Assembly (NCBI GenBank): GCA_964057225.1
Contig: OZ059897.1
Span: 18,228,001 to 18,292,000 of the forward strand
Length of the DNA: 64,000 nt
Direction: 5' to 3'
Source: Auanema rhodensis
Taxonomy: Eukaryota > Animalia > Nematoda
In this document: in pieces, positions 1 to 13,500 of the stretch
Layout of the letters: each line of letters begins with the position of its first letter
Numbering within the stretch: position 1 is the first letter of the stretch
The notes under the pieces: model-generated
Told to the model about the DNA's origin: nothing
The model's input: only the letters and a program-made list of their open reading frames with translations
Database searches by the model: none
Made by a program: the position numbers and the translations under genes

Positions 1-48
1 GACAATGTTATTCAACGAAAAAATTAATTCTTCAGGGTGAAAATCGAG

Positions 49-70
49 GATATAAGTGTGAACTTATATC
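49..70. other. Inverted repeat H1 (in each monomer): 9-bp perfect stem, GTGA loop
   Basis: GATATAAGT-GTGA-ACTTATATC; the arms are exact reverse complements. Confidence 0.9.
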
Positions 71-80
71 AGTTGATATC

Positions 81-147
81 TCGGTGCATTTTTAAGCTAG
101 CGCAAATCTGATAACACAGATCGACGCAGCTTAAAAATCCGCATCGA
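81..147. other. Long imperfect inverted repeat H2 (in each full monomer) with an 11-bp perfect core
   Basis: TCGGTGC-ATTTTTAAGCT-A-GCG-CAA-ATCTG-[ATAACA]-CAGAT-CGA-CGC-AGCTTAAAAAT-CC-GCATCGA. m88-98 pairs with m128-138, m100-102 with m125-127, m106-110 with m117-121, and m81-87 with m141-147 (one G.T). Confidence 0.9.
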
Positions 148-221
148 ATGCACTATACTACATTAAGAAACGCTTGATACAAAAATTAGTTATGATCGTT
201 TGAAAAATGATGCATTAGTGT

Positions 222-249
222 ATGTTGAGTTTCCATGTACACTCAACAT
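222..249. other. Inverted repeat H3 (in each monomer): 9-bp stem, 10-nt loop
   Basis: ATGTTGAGT-TTCCATGTAC-ACTCAACAT. Confidence 0.88.
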
Positions 250-262
250 TGCTTCCAAAAAC

Positions 263-297
263 ATTTTGACAAAAATTTTTTCGAAAAATTTCAAAAT
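263..297. other. AT-rich imperfect palindrome H4 centred on TTTTTCGAAAAA
   Basis: A 12-bp perfect palindrome at m277-288, flanked by the complementary arms ATTTTGA (m263-269) and TCAAAAT (m291-297). Confidence 0.8.
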
Positions 298-3200
298 AAT
301 TTAGCAAAAAGTAGATGTTTTTAGATTTCTTTTTTCAAGGCAAAGACGATGGACAATGTTATTCAACGAAAAAATCATTTCTTCAGGGTGAAAATCGAGG
401 ATATAAGTGTGAACTTATATCAGTTGATATCTGGGTGCATTTTTAAGCTAGCGCAAATCTGATAACACAGATCGACGCAGCTTAAAAATCCGCATCGAAT
501 GCACTATACTACATTGAGAAACGCTTGATACAAAAATTAGTTATGATCGTTTGAAAAATGATGCATTAGTGTATGTTGAGTTTCCATGTACACTCAACAT
601 TGCTTCCAAAAACATTTTGACAAAAATTTTTTCGAAAAATTTCAAAATAATTTAGCAAAAAGTAGATGTTTTTAGATTCCATTTTTCAAGGCAAAGACGA
701 TAGACAATGTTATTCAACGAAAAAATTAATTCTTCAGGGTGAAAATCGAGGATATAAGTGTGAACTTATATCAGTTGATATCTCGGTGCATTTTTAAGCT
801 AGCGCAAATCTGATAACACAGATCGACGCAGCTTAAAAATCCGCATCGAATGCACTATACTACATTAAGAAACGCTTGATACAAAAATTAGTTATGATCG
901 TTTGAAAAATGATGCATTAGTGTATGTTGAGTTTCCATGTACACTCAACATTGCTTCCAAAAACATTTTGACAAAAATTTTTTCGAAAAATTTCAAAATA
1001 ATTTAGCAAAAAGTAGATGTTTTTAGATTTCTTTTTTCAAGGCAAAGACGATGGACAATGTTATTCAACGAAAAAATCATTTCTTCAGGGTGAAAATCGA
1101 GGATATAAGTGTGAACTTATATCAGTTGATATCTGGGTGCATTTTTAAGCTAGCGCAAATCTGATAACACAGATCGACGCAGCTTAAAAATCCGCATCGA
1201 ATGCACTATACTACATTGAGAAACGCTTGATACAAAAATTAGTTATGATCGTTTGAAAAATGATGCATTAGTGTATGTTGAGTTTCCATGTACACTCAAC
1301 ATTGCTTCCAAAAACATTTTGACAAAAATTTTTTCGAAAAATTTCAAAATAATTTAGCAAAAAGTAGATGTTTTTAGATTCCATTTTTCAAGGCAAAGAC
1401 GATAGACAATGTTATTCAACGAAAAAATTAATTCTTCAGGGTGAAAATCGAGGATATAAGTGTGAACTTATATCAGTTGATATCTCGGTGCATTTTTAAG
1501 CTAGCGCAAATCTGATAACACAGATCGACGCAGCTTAAAAATCCGCATCGAATGCACTATACTACATTAAGAAACGCTTGATACAAAAATTAGTTATGAT
1601 CGTTTGAAAAATGATGCATTAGTGTATGTTGAGTTTCCATGTACAATCAACATTGCTTCCAAAAACATTTTGACAAAAATTTTTTCGAAAAATTTCAAAA
1701 TAATTTAGCAAAAAGTAGATGTTTTTAGATTCCATTTTTCAAGGCAAAGACGATGGACAATGTTATTCAACGAAAAAATTAATTCTTCAGGGTGAAAATC
1801 GAGGATATAAGTGTGAACCTATATCAGTTGATATCTCGGTGCATTTTTAAGCTAGCGCAAATCTGATAACACAGATCGACGCAGCTTAAAAATCCGCATC
1901 GAATGCACTATACTACATTGAGAAACGCTCAATACAAAAATTAGTTATAATCGTTTGAAAAATGATGCATTAGTGTATGTTGAGTTTCCATGTACACTCA
2001 ACATTGCTTCCAAAAACATTTTGACAAAAATTTTTTCGAAAAATTTCAAAATAATTTAGCAAAAAGTAGATGTTTTTAGATTTCTTTTTTCAAGGCAAAG
2101 ACGATGGACAATGTTATTCAACGAAAAAATCATTTCTTCAGGGTGAAAATCGAGGATATAAGTGTGAACTTATATCAGTTGATATCTGGGTGAATTTTTA
2201 AGCTAGCGCAAATCTGATAACACAGATCGACGCAGCTTAAAAATCCGCATCGAATGCACTATACTACATTGAGAAACGCTTGATACAAAAATTAGTTATG
2301 ATCGTTTGAAAAATGATGCATTAGTGTATGTTGAGTTTCCATGTACACTCAACATTGCTTCCAAAAACATTTTGACAAAAATTTTTTCGAAAAATTTCAA
2401 AATAATTTAGCAAAAAGTAGATGTTTTTAGATTTCATTTTTCAAGGCAAAGACGATGGACAATGTTATTCAACGAAAAAATTAATTCTTCAGGGTGAAAA
2501 TCGAGGATATAAGTGTGAACTTATATCAGTTGATATCTCGGTGCATTTTTAAGCTAGCGCAAATCTGATAACACAGATCGACGCAGCTTAAAAATCCGCA
2601 TCGAATGCACTATACTACATTGAGAAACGCTTAATACATAAATTAGTTATGATCGTTTGAAAAATGATGCATTAGTGTATGTTGAGTTTCCATGTACACT
2701 CAACATTGCTTCCAAAAACATTTTGACAAAAATTTTTTCGAAAAATTTCAAAATAATTTAGCAAAAAGTAGATGTTTTTAGATTCCATTTTTCAAGGCAA
2801 AGACGATGGACAATGTTATTCAACGAAAAAATCATTTCTTCAGGGTGAAAATCGAGGATATAAGTGTGAACTTATATCAGTTGATATCTGGGTGCATTTT
2901 TAAGCTAGCGCAAATCTGATAACACAGATCGACGCAGCTTAAAAATCCGCATCGAATGCACTATACTACATTGAGAAACGCTTGATACAAAAATTAGTTA
3001 TGATCGTTTGAAAAATGATGCATTAGTGTATGTTGAGTTTCCATGTACACTCAACATTGCTTCCAAAAACATTTTGACAAAAATTTTTTCGAAAAATTTC
3101 AAAATAATTTAGCAAAAAGTAGATGTTTTTAGATTCCATTTTTCAAGGCAAAGACGATGGACAATGTTATTCAACGAAAAAATTAATTCTTCAGGGTGAA

Positions 3201-6200
3201 AATCGAGGATATAAGTGTGAACTTATATCAGTTGATATCTCGGTGCATTTTTAAGCTAGCGCAAATCTGATAACACAGATCGACGCAGCTTAAAAATCCG
3301 CATCGAATGCACTATACTACATTGAGAAACGCTTAATACATAAATTAGTTATGATCGTTTGAAAAATGATGCATTAGTGTATGTTGAGTTTCCATGTACA
3401 CTCAACATTGCTTCCAAAAACATTTTGACAAAAATTTTTTCGAAAAATTTCAAAATAATTTAGCAAAAAGTAGATGTTTTTAGATTCCATTTTTCAAGGC
3501 AAAGACGATGGACAATGTTATTCAACGAAAAAATTAATTCTTCAGGGTGAAAATCGAGGATATAAGTGTGAACTTATATCAGTTGATATCTCGGTGCATT
3601 TTTAAGCTAGCGCAAATCTGATAACACAGATCGACGCAGCTTAAAAATCCGCATCGAATGCACTATACTACATTGAGAAACGCTTAATACATAAATTAGT
3701 TATGATCGTTTGAAAAATGATGCATTAGTGTATGTTGAGTTTCCATGTACACTCAACATTGCTTCCAAAAACATTTTGACAAAAATTTTTTCGAAAAATT
3801 TCAAAATAATTTAGCAAAAAGTAGATGTTTTTAGATTCCATTTTTCAAGGCAAAGACGATGGACAATGTTATTCAACGAAAAAATTAATTCTTCAGGGTG
3901 AAAATCGAAGATATAAGTGTGAACTTATATCAGTTGATATCTCGGTGCATTTTTAAGCTAGCGCAAATCTGATAACACAGATCGACGCAGCTTAAAAATC
4001 CGCATCGAATGCACTATACTACATTGAGAAACGCTCAATACAAAAATTAGTTATAATCGTTTGAAAAATGATGCATTAGTGTATGTTGAGTTTCCATGTA
4101 CACTCAATATTGCTTCCAAAAACATTTTGACAAAAATTTTTTCGAAAAATTTCAAAATAATTTAGCAAAAAGTAGATGTTTTTAGATTCCATTTTTCAAG
4201 GCAAAGACGATGGACAATGTTATTCAACGAAAAAATTAATTCTTCAGGGTGAAAATCGAAGATATAAGTGTGAACTTATATCAGTTGATATCTCGGTGCA
4301 TTTTTAAGCTAGCGCAAATCTGATAACACAGATCGACGCAGCTTAAAAATCCGCATCGAATGCACTATACTACATTGAGAAACGCTTAATACAAAAATTA
4401 GTTATGATCGTTTGAAAAATGATGCATTTGTGTATGTTGAGTTTCCATGTACACTCAACATTGCTTCCAAAAACATTTTGACAAAAATTTTTTCGAAAAA
4501 TTTCAAAATAATTTAGCAAAAAGTAGATGTTTTTAGATTTCTTTTTTCAAGGCAAAGACGATGGACAATGTTATTCAACGAAAAAATCATTTCTTCAGGG
4601 TGAAAATCGAGGATATAAGTGTGAACTTATATCAGTTGATATCTCGGTGCATTTTTAAGCTAGCGCAAATCTGATAACACAGATCGACGCAGCTTAAAAA
4701 TCCGCATCGAATGCACTATACTACATTAAGAAACGCTTGATACAAAAATTAGTTATGATCGTTTGAAAAATGATGCATTAGTGTATGTTGAGTTTCCATG
4801 TACAATCAACATTGCTTCCAAAAACATTTTGACAAAAATTTTTTCGAAAAATTTCAAAATAATTTAGCAAAAAGTAGATGTTTTTAGATTCCTTTTTTCA
4901 AGGCAAAGACGATGGACAATGTTATTCAACGAAAAAATTATTTCTTCAGGGTGAAAATCGAGGATATAAGTGTGAACTTATATCAGTTGATATCTCGGTG
5001 CATTTTTAAGCTAGCGCAAATCTGATAACACAGATCGACGCAGCTTAAAAATCCGCATCGAATGCACTTTACTACATTGAGAAACGCTTGATACAAAAAT
5101 TAGTTATGATCGTTTGAAAAATGATGCATTAGTGTATGTTGAGTTTCCATGTACACTCAACATTGCTTCCAAAAACATTTTGACAAAAATTTTTTCGAAA
5201 AATTTCAAAATAATTTAGCAAAAAGTAGATGTTTTTAGATTCCATTTTTCAAGGCAAAGACGATGGACAATGTTATTCAACGAAAAAATTAATTCTTCAG
5301 GGTGAAAATCGAGGATATAAGTGTGAACTTATATCAGTTGATATCTCGGTGCATTTTTAAGCTAGCGCAAATCTGATAACACAGATCGACGCAGCTTAAA
5401 AATCCGCATCGAATGCACTTTACTACATTGAGAAACGCTTGATACAAAAATTAGTTATGATCGTTTGAAAAATGATGCATTAGTGTATGTTGAGTTTCCA
5501 TGTACACTCAACATTGCTTCCAAAAACATTTTGACAAAAATTTTTTCGAAAAATTTCAAAATAATTTAGCAAAAAGTAGATGTTTTTAGATTCCATTTTT
5601 CAAGGCAAAGACGATGGACAATGTTATTCAACGAAAAAATTAATTCTTCAGGGTGAAAATCGAGGATATAAGTGTGAACTTATATCAGTTGATATCTCGG
5701 TGCATTTTTAAGCTAGCGCAAATCTGATAACACAGATCGACGCAGCTTAAAAATCCGCATCGAATGCACTTTACTACATTGAGAAACGCTTGATACAAAA
5801 ATTAGTTATGATCGTTTGAAAAATGATGCATTAGTGTATGTTGAGTTTCCATGTACACTCAACATTGCTTCCAAAAACATTTTGACAAAAATTTTTTCGA
5901 AAAATTTCAAAATAATTTAGCAAAAAGTAGATGTTTTTAGATTCCATTTTTCAAGGCAAAGACGATGGACAATGTTATTCAACGAAAAAATTAATTCTTC
6001 AGGGTGAAAATCGAGGATATAAGTGTGAACTTATATCAGTTGATATCTCGGTGCATTTTTAAGCTAGCGCAAATCTGATAACACAGATCGACGCAGCTTA
6101 AAAATCCGCATCGAATGCACTATACTACATTAAAAATCGCTTGATACAAAAATTAGTTATGATCGTTTGAAAAATGATGCATTAGTGTATGTTGAGTTTC

Positions 6201-7799
6201 CATGTACACTCAACATTGCTTCCAAAAACATTTTGACAAAAATTTTTTCGAAAAATTTCAAAAAAATTTAGCAAAAAATAGATGTTTTTAGATTCCATTT
6301 TTCAAGGCAAAGACGATGGACAATGTTATTCAACGAAAAAATTAATTCTTCAGGGTGAAAATCGAGGATATAAGTGTGAACTTATATCAGTTGATATCTC
6401 GGTGCATTTTTAAGCTAGCGCAAATCTGATAACACAGATCGACGCAGCTTAAAAATCCGCATCGAATGCACTATACTACATTAAGAAACGCTTGATACAA
6501 AAATTAGTTATGATCGTTTGAAAAATGATGCATTAGTGTATGTTGAGTTTCCATGTACAATCAACATTGCTTCCAAAAACATTTTGACAAAAATTTTTTC
6601 GAAAAATTTCAAAATAATTTAGCAAAAAGTAGATGTTTTTAGATTCCATTTTTCAAGGCAAAGACGATGGACAATGTTATTCAACGAAAAAATTAATTCT
6701 TCAGGGTGAAAATCGAGGATATAAGTGTGAACTTATATCAGTTGATATCTCGGTGCATTTTTAAGCTAGCGCAAATCTGATAACACAGATCGACGCAGCT
6801 TAAAAATCCGCATCGAATGCACTTTACTACATTGAGAAACGCTTGATACAAAAATTAGTTATGATCGTTTGAAAAATGATGCATTAGTGTATGTTGAGTT
6901 TCCATGTACACTCAACATTGCTTCCAAAAACATTTTGACAAAAATTTTTTCGAAAAATTTCAAAATAATTTAGCAAAAAGTAGATGTTTTTAGATTCCTT
7001 TTTTCAAGGCAAAGACGATGGACAATGTTATTAAACGAAAAAATTAATTCTTCAGGGTGAAAATCGAGGATATAAGTGTGAACTTATATCAGTTGATATC
7101 TCGGTGCATTTTTAAGCTAGCGCAAATCTGATAACACAGATCGACGCAGCTTAAAAATCCGCATCGAATGCACTTTACTACATTGAGAAACGCTTGATAC
7201 AAAAATTAGTTATGATCGTTTGAAAAATGATGCATTAGTGTATGTTGAGTTTCCATGTACACTCAACATTGCTTCCAAAAACATTTTGACAAAAATTTTT
7301 TCGAAAAATTTCAAAATAATTTAGCAAAAAGTAGATGTTTTTAGATTCCTTTTTTCAAGGCAAAGACGATGGACAATGTTATTCAACGAAAAAATTAATT
7401 CTTCAGGGTGAAAATCGAGGATAAAAGTGTGAACTTATATCAGTTGATATCTCGGTGCATTTTTAAGCTAGCGCAAATCTGATAACACAGATCGACGCAG
7501 CTTAAAAATCCGCATCGAATGCACTATACTACATTGAGAAACGCTTAATACAAAAATTAGTTATGATCGTTTGAAAAATGATGCATTAGTGTATGTTGAG
7601 TTTCCATGTACACTCAACATTGCTTCCAAAAACATTTTGACAAAAATTTTTTCGAAAAATTTCAAAATAATTTAGCAAAAAGTAGATGTTTTTGGATTCC
7701 TTTTTTCAAGGCAAAGACGATGGACAATGTTATTCAACGAAAAAATTATTTCTTCAGGGTGAAAATCGAGGATATAAGTGTGAACTTATATCAGTTGAT

Positions 7800-10500
7800 A
7801 TATCGGTGCATTTTTAAGCTAGCGCAAATCTGATAACACAGATCGACGCAGCTTAAAAATCCGCATCGAATGCACTATACTACATTAAGAAACGCTTGAT
7901 ACAAAAATTAGTTAAGATCGTTTGAAAAATGATGCATTAGTGTATGTTGAGTTTCCATGTACACTTAACATTGCTTCCAAAAACATTTTGACAAAACTTT
8001 TTTCGAAAAATTTCAAAATAGTTTACCAAAAAGTAGATGTTTTTAGATTCCATTTTTCAAGGCAAAGACGATGGACAATGTTATTCAACGGAAAAATTAA
8101 TTCTTCAGGGTGAAAATCGAGGATATAAGTGTGAACTTATATCAGTTGATATCTCGGTGCATTTTTAAGCTAGCGCAAATCTGATAACACAGATCGACGC
8201 AGCTTAAAAATCCGCATCGAATGCACTATACTACATTGAGAAACGCTTGATACAAAAATTAGTTATGATCGTTTGAAAAATGATGCATTAGTGTATGTTG
8301 AGTTTCCATGTACACTCAACATTGCTTCCAAAAACATTTTGACAAAAATTTTTTCGAAAAATTTCAGAATAATTTAGCAAAAAGTAGATGTTTTTAGATT
8401 CCATTTTTCAAGGCAAAGACGATGGACAATGTTATTCAACGGAAAAATTAATTCTTCAGGGTGAAAATCGAGGATATAAGTGTGAACTTATATCAGTTGA
8501 TATCTCGGTGCATTTTTAAGCTAGCGCAAATCTGATAACACAGATCGACGCAGCTTAAAAATCCGCATCGAATGCACTATACTACATTAAGAAACGCTTG
8601 ATACAAAAATTAGTTAAGATCGTTTGAAAAATGATGCATTAGTGTATGTTGAGTTTCCATGTACACTCAACATTGCTTCCAAAAACATTTTGACAAAAAT
8701 TTTTTCGAAAAATTTCAAAATAATTTAGCAAAAAGTAGATGTTTTTAGATTCCATTTTTCAAGGCAAAGACGATGGACAATGTTATTCAACGAAAAAATT
8801 AATTCTTCAGGGTGAAAATCGAGGATATAAGTGTGAACTTATATCAGTTGATATATCGGTGCATTTTTAAGCTAGCGCAAATCTGATAACACAGATCGAC
8901 GCAGCTTAAAAATCCGCATCGAATGCACTATACTACATTAAGAAACGCTTGATACAAAAATTAGTTAAGATCGTTTGAAAAATGATGCATTAGTGTATGT
9001 TGAGTTTCCATGTACACTTAACATTGCTTCCAAAAACATTTTGACAAAACTTTTTTCGAAAAATTTCAAAATAGTTTACCAAAAAGTAGATGTTTTTAGA
9101 TTCCATTTTTCAAGGCAAAGACGATGGACAATGTTATTCAACGGAAAAATTAATTCTTCAGGGTGAAAATCGAGGATATAAGTGTGAACTTATATCAGTT
9201 GATATCTCGGTGCATTTTTAAGCTAGCGCAAATCTGATAACACAGATCGACGCAGCTTAAAAATCCGCATCGAATGCACTATACTACATTGAGAAACGCT
9301 TGATACAAAAATTAGTTATGATCGTTTGAAAAATGATGCATTAGTGTATGTTGAGTTTCCATGTACACTCAACATTGCTTCCAAAAACATTTTGACAAAA
9401 ATTTTTTCGAAAAATTTCAGAATAATTTAGCAAAAAGTAGATGTTTTTAGATTCCATTTTTCAAGGCAAAGACGATGGACAATGTTATTCAACGGAAAAA
9501 TTAATTCTTCAGGGTGAAAATCGAGGATATAAGTGTGAACTTATATCAGTTGATATCTCGGTGCATTTTTAAGCTAGCGCAAATCTGATAACACAGATCG
9601 ACGCAGCTTAAAAATCCGCATCGAATGCACTATACTACATTAAGAAACGCTTGATACAAAAATTAGTTAAGATCGTTTGAAAAATGATGCATTAGTGTAT
9701 GTTGAGTTTCCATGTACACTCAACATTGCTTCCAAAAACATTTTGACAAAAATTTTTTCGAAAAATTTCAAAATAATTTAGCAAAAAGTAGATGTTTTTA
9801 GATTCCATTTTTCAAGGCAAAGACGATGGACAATGTTATTCAACGAAAAAATTAATTCTTCAGGGTGAAAATCGAGGATATAAGTGTGAACTTATATCAG
9901 TTGATATCTCGGTGCATTTTTAAGCTAGCGCAAATCTGATAACACAGATCGACGCAGCTTAAAAATTCGCATCGAATGCACTATACTACATTGAGAAACG
10001 CTTAATACAAAAATTAGTTATAATCGTTTGAAAAATGATGCATTAGTGTATGTTGAGTTTCCATGTACACTTAACATTGCTTCCAAAAACATTTTGACAA
10101 AACTTTTTTCGAAAAATTTCAAAATAGTTTACCAAAAAGTAGATGTTTTTAGATTCCATTTTTCAAGGCAAAGACGATGGACAATGTTATTCAACGGAAA
10201 AATTAATTCTTCAGGGTGAAAATCGAGGATATAAGTGTGAACTTATATCAGTTGATATCTCGGTGCATTTTTAAGCTAGCGCAAATCTGATAACACAGAT
10301 CGACGCAGCTTAAAAATCCGCATCGAATGCACTATACTACATTGAGAAACGCTTGATACAAAAATTAGTTATGATCGTTTGAAAAATGATGCATTAGTGT
10401 ATGTTGAGTTTCCATGTACACTCAACATTGCTTCCAAAAACATTTTGACAAAAATTTTTTCGAAAAATTTCAGAATAATTTAGCAAAAAGTAGATGTTTT
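7800..10500. repeat. Local trimeric (1053-bp) higher-order repeat, about 2.6 copies
   Basis: Private SNPs recur at 1053-bp spacing: TTCAGAAT (8367, 9420, 10473), ACAAAACTT+GTTTACC (ORF hits 7922, 8975, 10028) and TATATCGG (7802, 8855). Confidence 0.9.
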
Positions 10501-13500
10501 TAGATTCCATTTTTCAAGGCAAAGACGATGGACAATGTTATTCAACGAAAAAATTAATTCTTCAGGGTGAAAATCGAGGATATAAGTGTGAACTTATATC
10601 AGTTGATATCTCGGTGCATTTTTAAGCTAGCGCAAATCTGATAACACAGATCGACGCAGCTTAAAAATCCGCATCGAATGCACTTTACTACATTGAGAAA
10701 CGCTTGATACAAAAATTAGTTATGATCGTTTGAAAAATGATGCATTAGTGTATGTTGAGTTTCCATGTACACTCAACATTGCTTCCAAAAACATTTTGAC
10801 AAAAATTTTTTCGAAAAATTTCAAAATAATTTAGCAAAAAGTAGATGTTTTTAGATTCCATTTTTCAAGGCAAAGACGATGGACAATGTTATTCAACGAA
10901 AAAATTAATTCTTCAGGGTGAAAATCGAGGATATAAGTGTGAACTTATATCAGTTGATATCTCGGTGCATTTTTAAGCTAGCGCAAATCTGATAACACAG
11001 ATCGACGCAGCTTAAAAATCCGCATCGAATGCACTATACTACATTGAGAAACGCTTAATACAAAAATTAGTTATAATCGTTTGAAAAATGATGCATTAGT
11101 GTATGTTGAGTTTCCATGTACACTTAACATTGCTTCCAAAAACATTTTGACAAAAATTTTTTCGAAAAATTTCAAAATAGTTTAGCAAAAAGTAGATGTT
11201 TTTAGATTCCATTTTTCAAGGCAAAGACGATGGACAATGTTATTCAACGAAAAAATTAATTCTTCAGGGTGAAAATCGAGGATATAAGTGTGAACTTATA
11301 TCAGTTGATATCTCGGTGCATTTTTAAGCTAGCGCAAATCTGATAACACAGATCGACGCAGCTTAAAAATCCGCATCGAATGCACTATACTACATTGAGA
11401 AACGCTTAATACAAAAATTAGTTATAATCGTTTGAAAAATGATGCATTAGTGTATGTTGAGTTTCCATGTACACTTAACATTGCTTCCAAAAACATTTTG
11501 ACAAAAATTTTTTCGAAAAATTTCAAAATAATTTAGCAAAAAGTAGATGTTTTTAGATTCCATTTTTCAAGGCAAAGACGATGGACAATGTTATTCAACG
11601 AAAAAATTAATTCTTCAGGGTGAAAATCGAGGATATAAGTGTGAACTTATATCAGTTGATATCTCGGTGCATTTTTAAGCTAGCGCAAATCTGATAACAC
11701 AGATCGACGCAGCTTAAAAATCCGGATCGAATGCACTATACTACATTGAGAAACGCTTAATACAAAAATTAGTTATGATCGTTTGAAAAATGATGCATTA
11801 GTGTATGTTGAGTTTCCATGTACACTCAACATTGCTTCCAAAAACATTTTGACAAAAATTTTTTCGAAAAATTTCAAAATAATTTAGCAAAAAGTAGATG
11901 TTTTTAGATTCCATTTTTCAAGGCAAAGACGATGGACAATGTTATTCAACGAAAAAATTAATTCTTCAGGGTGAAAATCGAAGATATAAGTGTGAACTTA
12001 TATCAGTTGATATCTCGGTGCATTTTTAAGCTAGCGCAAATCTGATAACACAGATCGACGCAGCTTAAAAATCCGCATCGAATGCACTATACTACATTGA
12101 GAAACGCTTAATACAAAAATTAGTTATAATCGTTTGAAAAATGATGCATTAGTGTATGTTGAGTTTCCATGTACACTCAACATTGCTTCCAAAAACATTT
12201 TGACAAAAATTTTTTCGAAAAATTTCAAAATAATTTAGCAAAAAGTAGATGTTTTTAGATTCCATTTTTCAAGGCAAAGACGATGGACAATGTTATTCAA
12301 CGAAAAAATTAATTCTTCAGGGTGAAAATCGAGGATATAAGTGTGAACTTATATCAGTTGATATCTCGGTGCATTTTTAAGCTAGCGCAAATCTGATAAC
12401 ACAGATCGACGCAGCTTAAAAATCCGCATCGAATGCACTATACTACATTGAGAAACGCTTAATACAAAAATTAGTTATAATCGTTTGAAAAATGATGCAT
12501 TAGTGTATGTTGAGTTTCCATGTACACTTAACATTGCTTCCAAAAACATTTTGACAAAAATTTTTTCGAAAAATTTCAAAATAGTTTAGCAAAAAGTAGA
12601 TGTTTTTAGATTTTATTTTTCAAGGCAAAGACGATGGACAATGTTATTCAACGAAAAAATTAATTCTTCAGGGTGAAAATCGAGGATATAAGTGTGAACT
12701 TATATCAGTTGATATCTCGGTGCATTTTTAAGCTAGCGCAAATCTGATAACACAGATCGACGCAGCTTAAAAATCCGCATCGAATGCACTATACTACATT
12801 GAGAAACGCTTAATACAAAAATTAGTTATGATCGTTTGAAAAATGATGCATTAGTGTATGTTGAGTTTCCATGTACACTCAACATTGCTTCCAAAAACAT
12901 TTTGACAAAAATTTTTTCGAAAAATTTCAAAATAATTTAGCAAAAAGTAGATGTTTTTAGATTCCATTTTTCAAGGCAAAGACGATGGACAATGTTATTC
13001 AACGAAAAAATTAATTCTTCAGGGTGAAAATCGAAGATATAAGTGTGAACTTATATCAGTTGATATCTCGGTGCATTTTTAAGCTAGCGCAAATCTGATA
13101 ACACAGATCGACGCAGCTTAAAAATCCGCATCGAATGCACTATACTACATTGAGAAACGCTTAATACAAAAATTAGTTATAATCGTTTGAAAAATGATGC
13201 ATTAGTGTATGTTGAGTTTCCATGTACACTCAACATTGCTTCCAAAAACATTTTGACAAAAATTTTTTCGAAAAATTTCAAAATAATTTAGCAAAAAGTA
13301 GATGTTTTTAGATTCCATTTTTCAAGGCAAAGACGATGGACAATGTTATTCAACGAAAAAATTAATTCTTCAGGGTGAAAATCGAGGATATAAGTGTGAA
13401 CTTATATCAGTTGATATCTCGGTGCATTTTTAAGCTAGCGCAAATCTGATAACACAGATCGACGCAGCTTAAAAATCCGCATCGAATGCACTATACTACA

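Larger units (their letters stand above)
1..351. repeat. Reference monomer (arbitrary phase set by the window start)
   Basis: 109 of 351 bases are G+C, with many A/T tracts. Sites seen once per monomer: EcoRV GATATC m75-80, NheI GCTAGC m96-101, NsiI ATGCAT m210-215, BsrGI TGTACA m236-241, BstBI TTCGAA m280-285. Confidence 0.97.
1..1404. repeat. Local dimeric (702-bp) higher-order repeat, 2 copies visible
   Basis: Monomers 1 and 3 share CATTAAG + TTTCTT. Monomers 2 and 4 share AATCATTT + TGGG + terminal GATAG (702, 1404). Confidence 0.85.

Noticed and set aside
5-20. CENP-B-box-like TTCGTTGAA on the minus strand
   Set aside because: It matches only TTCG and the central A of the TTCGnnnnAnnCGGG core; the CGGG half is absent.
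29-35. Hammerhead ribozyme core CUGAAGA on the minus strand (also + strand CTGATAA at m108-114, which is CTGATGA in two copies near 21520 and 26435); satellite-borne hammerheads are known in newts, schistosomes and cave crickets
   Set aside because: I could not build stem II between the motif and any downstream GAAA, nor stems I/III around an NUH site. An Infernal search with Rfam hammerhead models on a dimer would settle it.
189-196. Bacterial -10-like TATAAT (the G194A variant; monomer 1 itself reads TATGAT) and TTGACA at m266-271
   Set aside because: The order and spacing are wrong for a sigma70 promoter, and such words are expected by chance in AT-rich DNA.
1-351. Tandem 5S rRNA, tRNA, snRNA or spliced-leader gene cluster
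   Set aside because: I recognise no 5S, tRNA cloverleaf, A/B-box or SL sequence on either strand. An Rfam scan was not possible.
1-351. Assignment to a named family of about 350-360 bp (Drosophila 1.688, tenebrionid beetle satellites)
   Set aside because: Only length and AT content are similar. I cannot confirm sequence homology without a database search.
1-351. Internal 2x175 or 3x117 subrepeat structure
   Set aside because: No convincing similarity between halves or thirds by eye, only short shared words such as TGCATT.
7606-7833. 75-aa ORF
   Set aside because: It arises from a singleton TAG>TGG change at 7694 and is closed in the other monomers.
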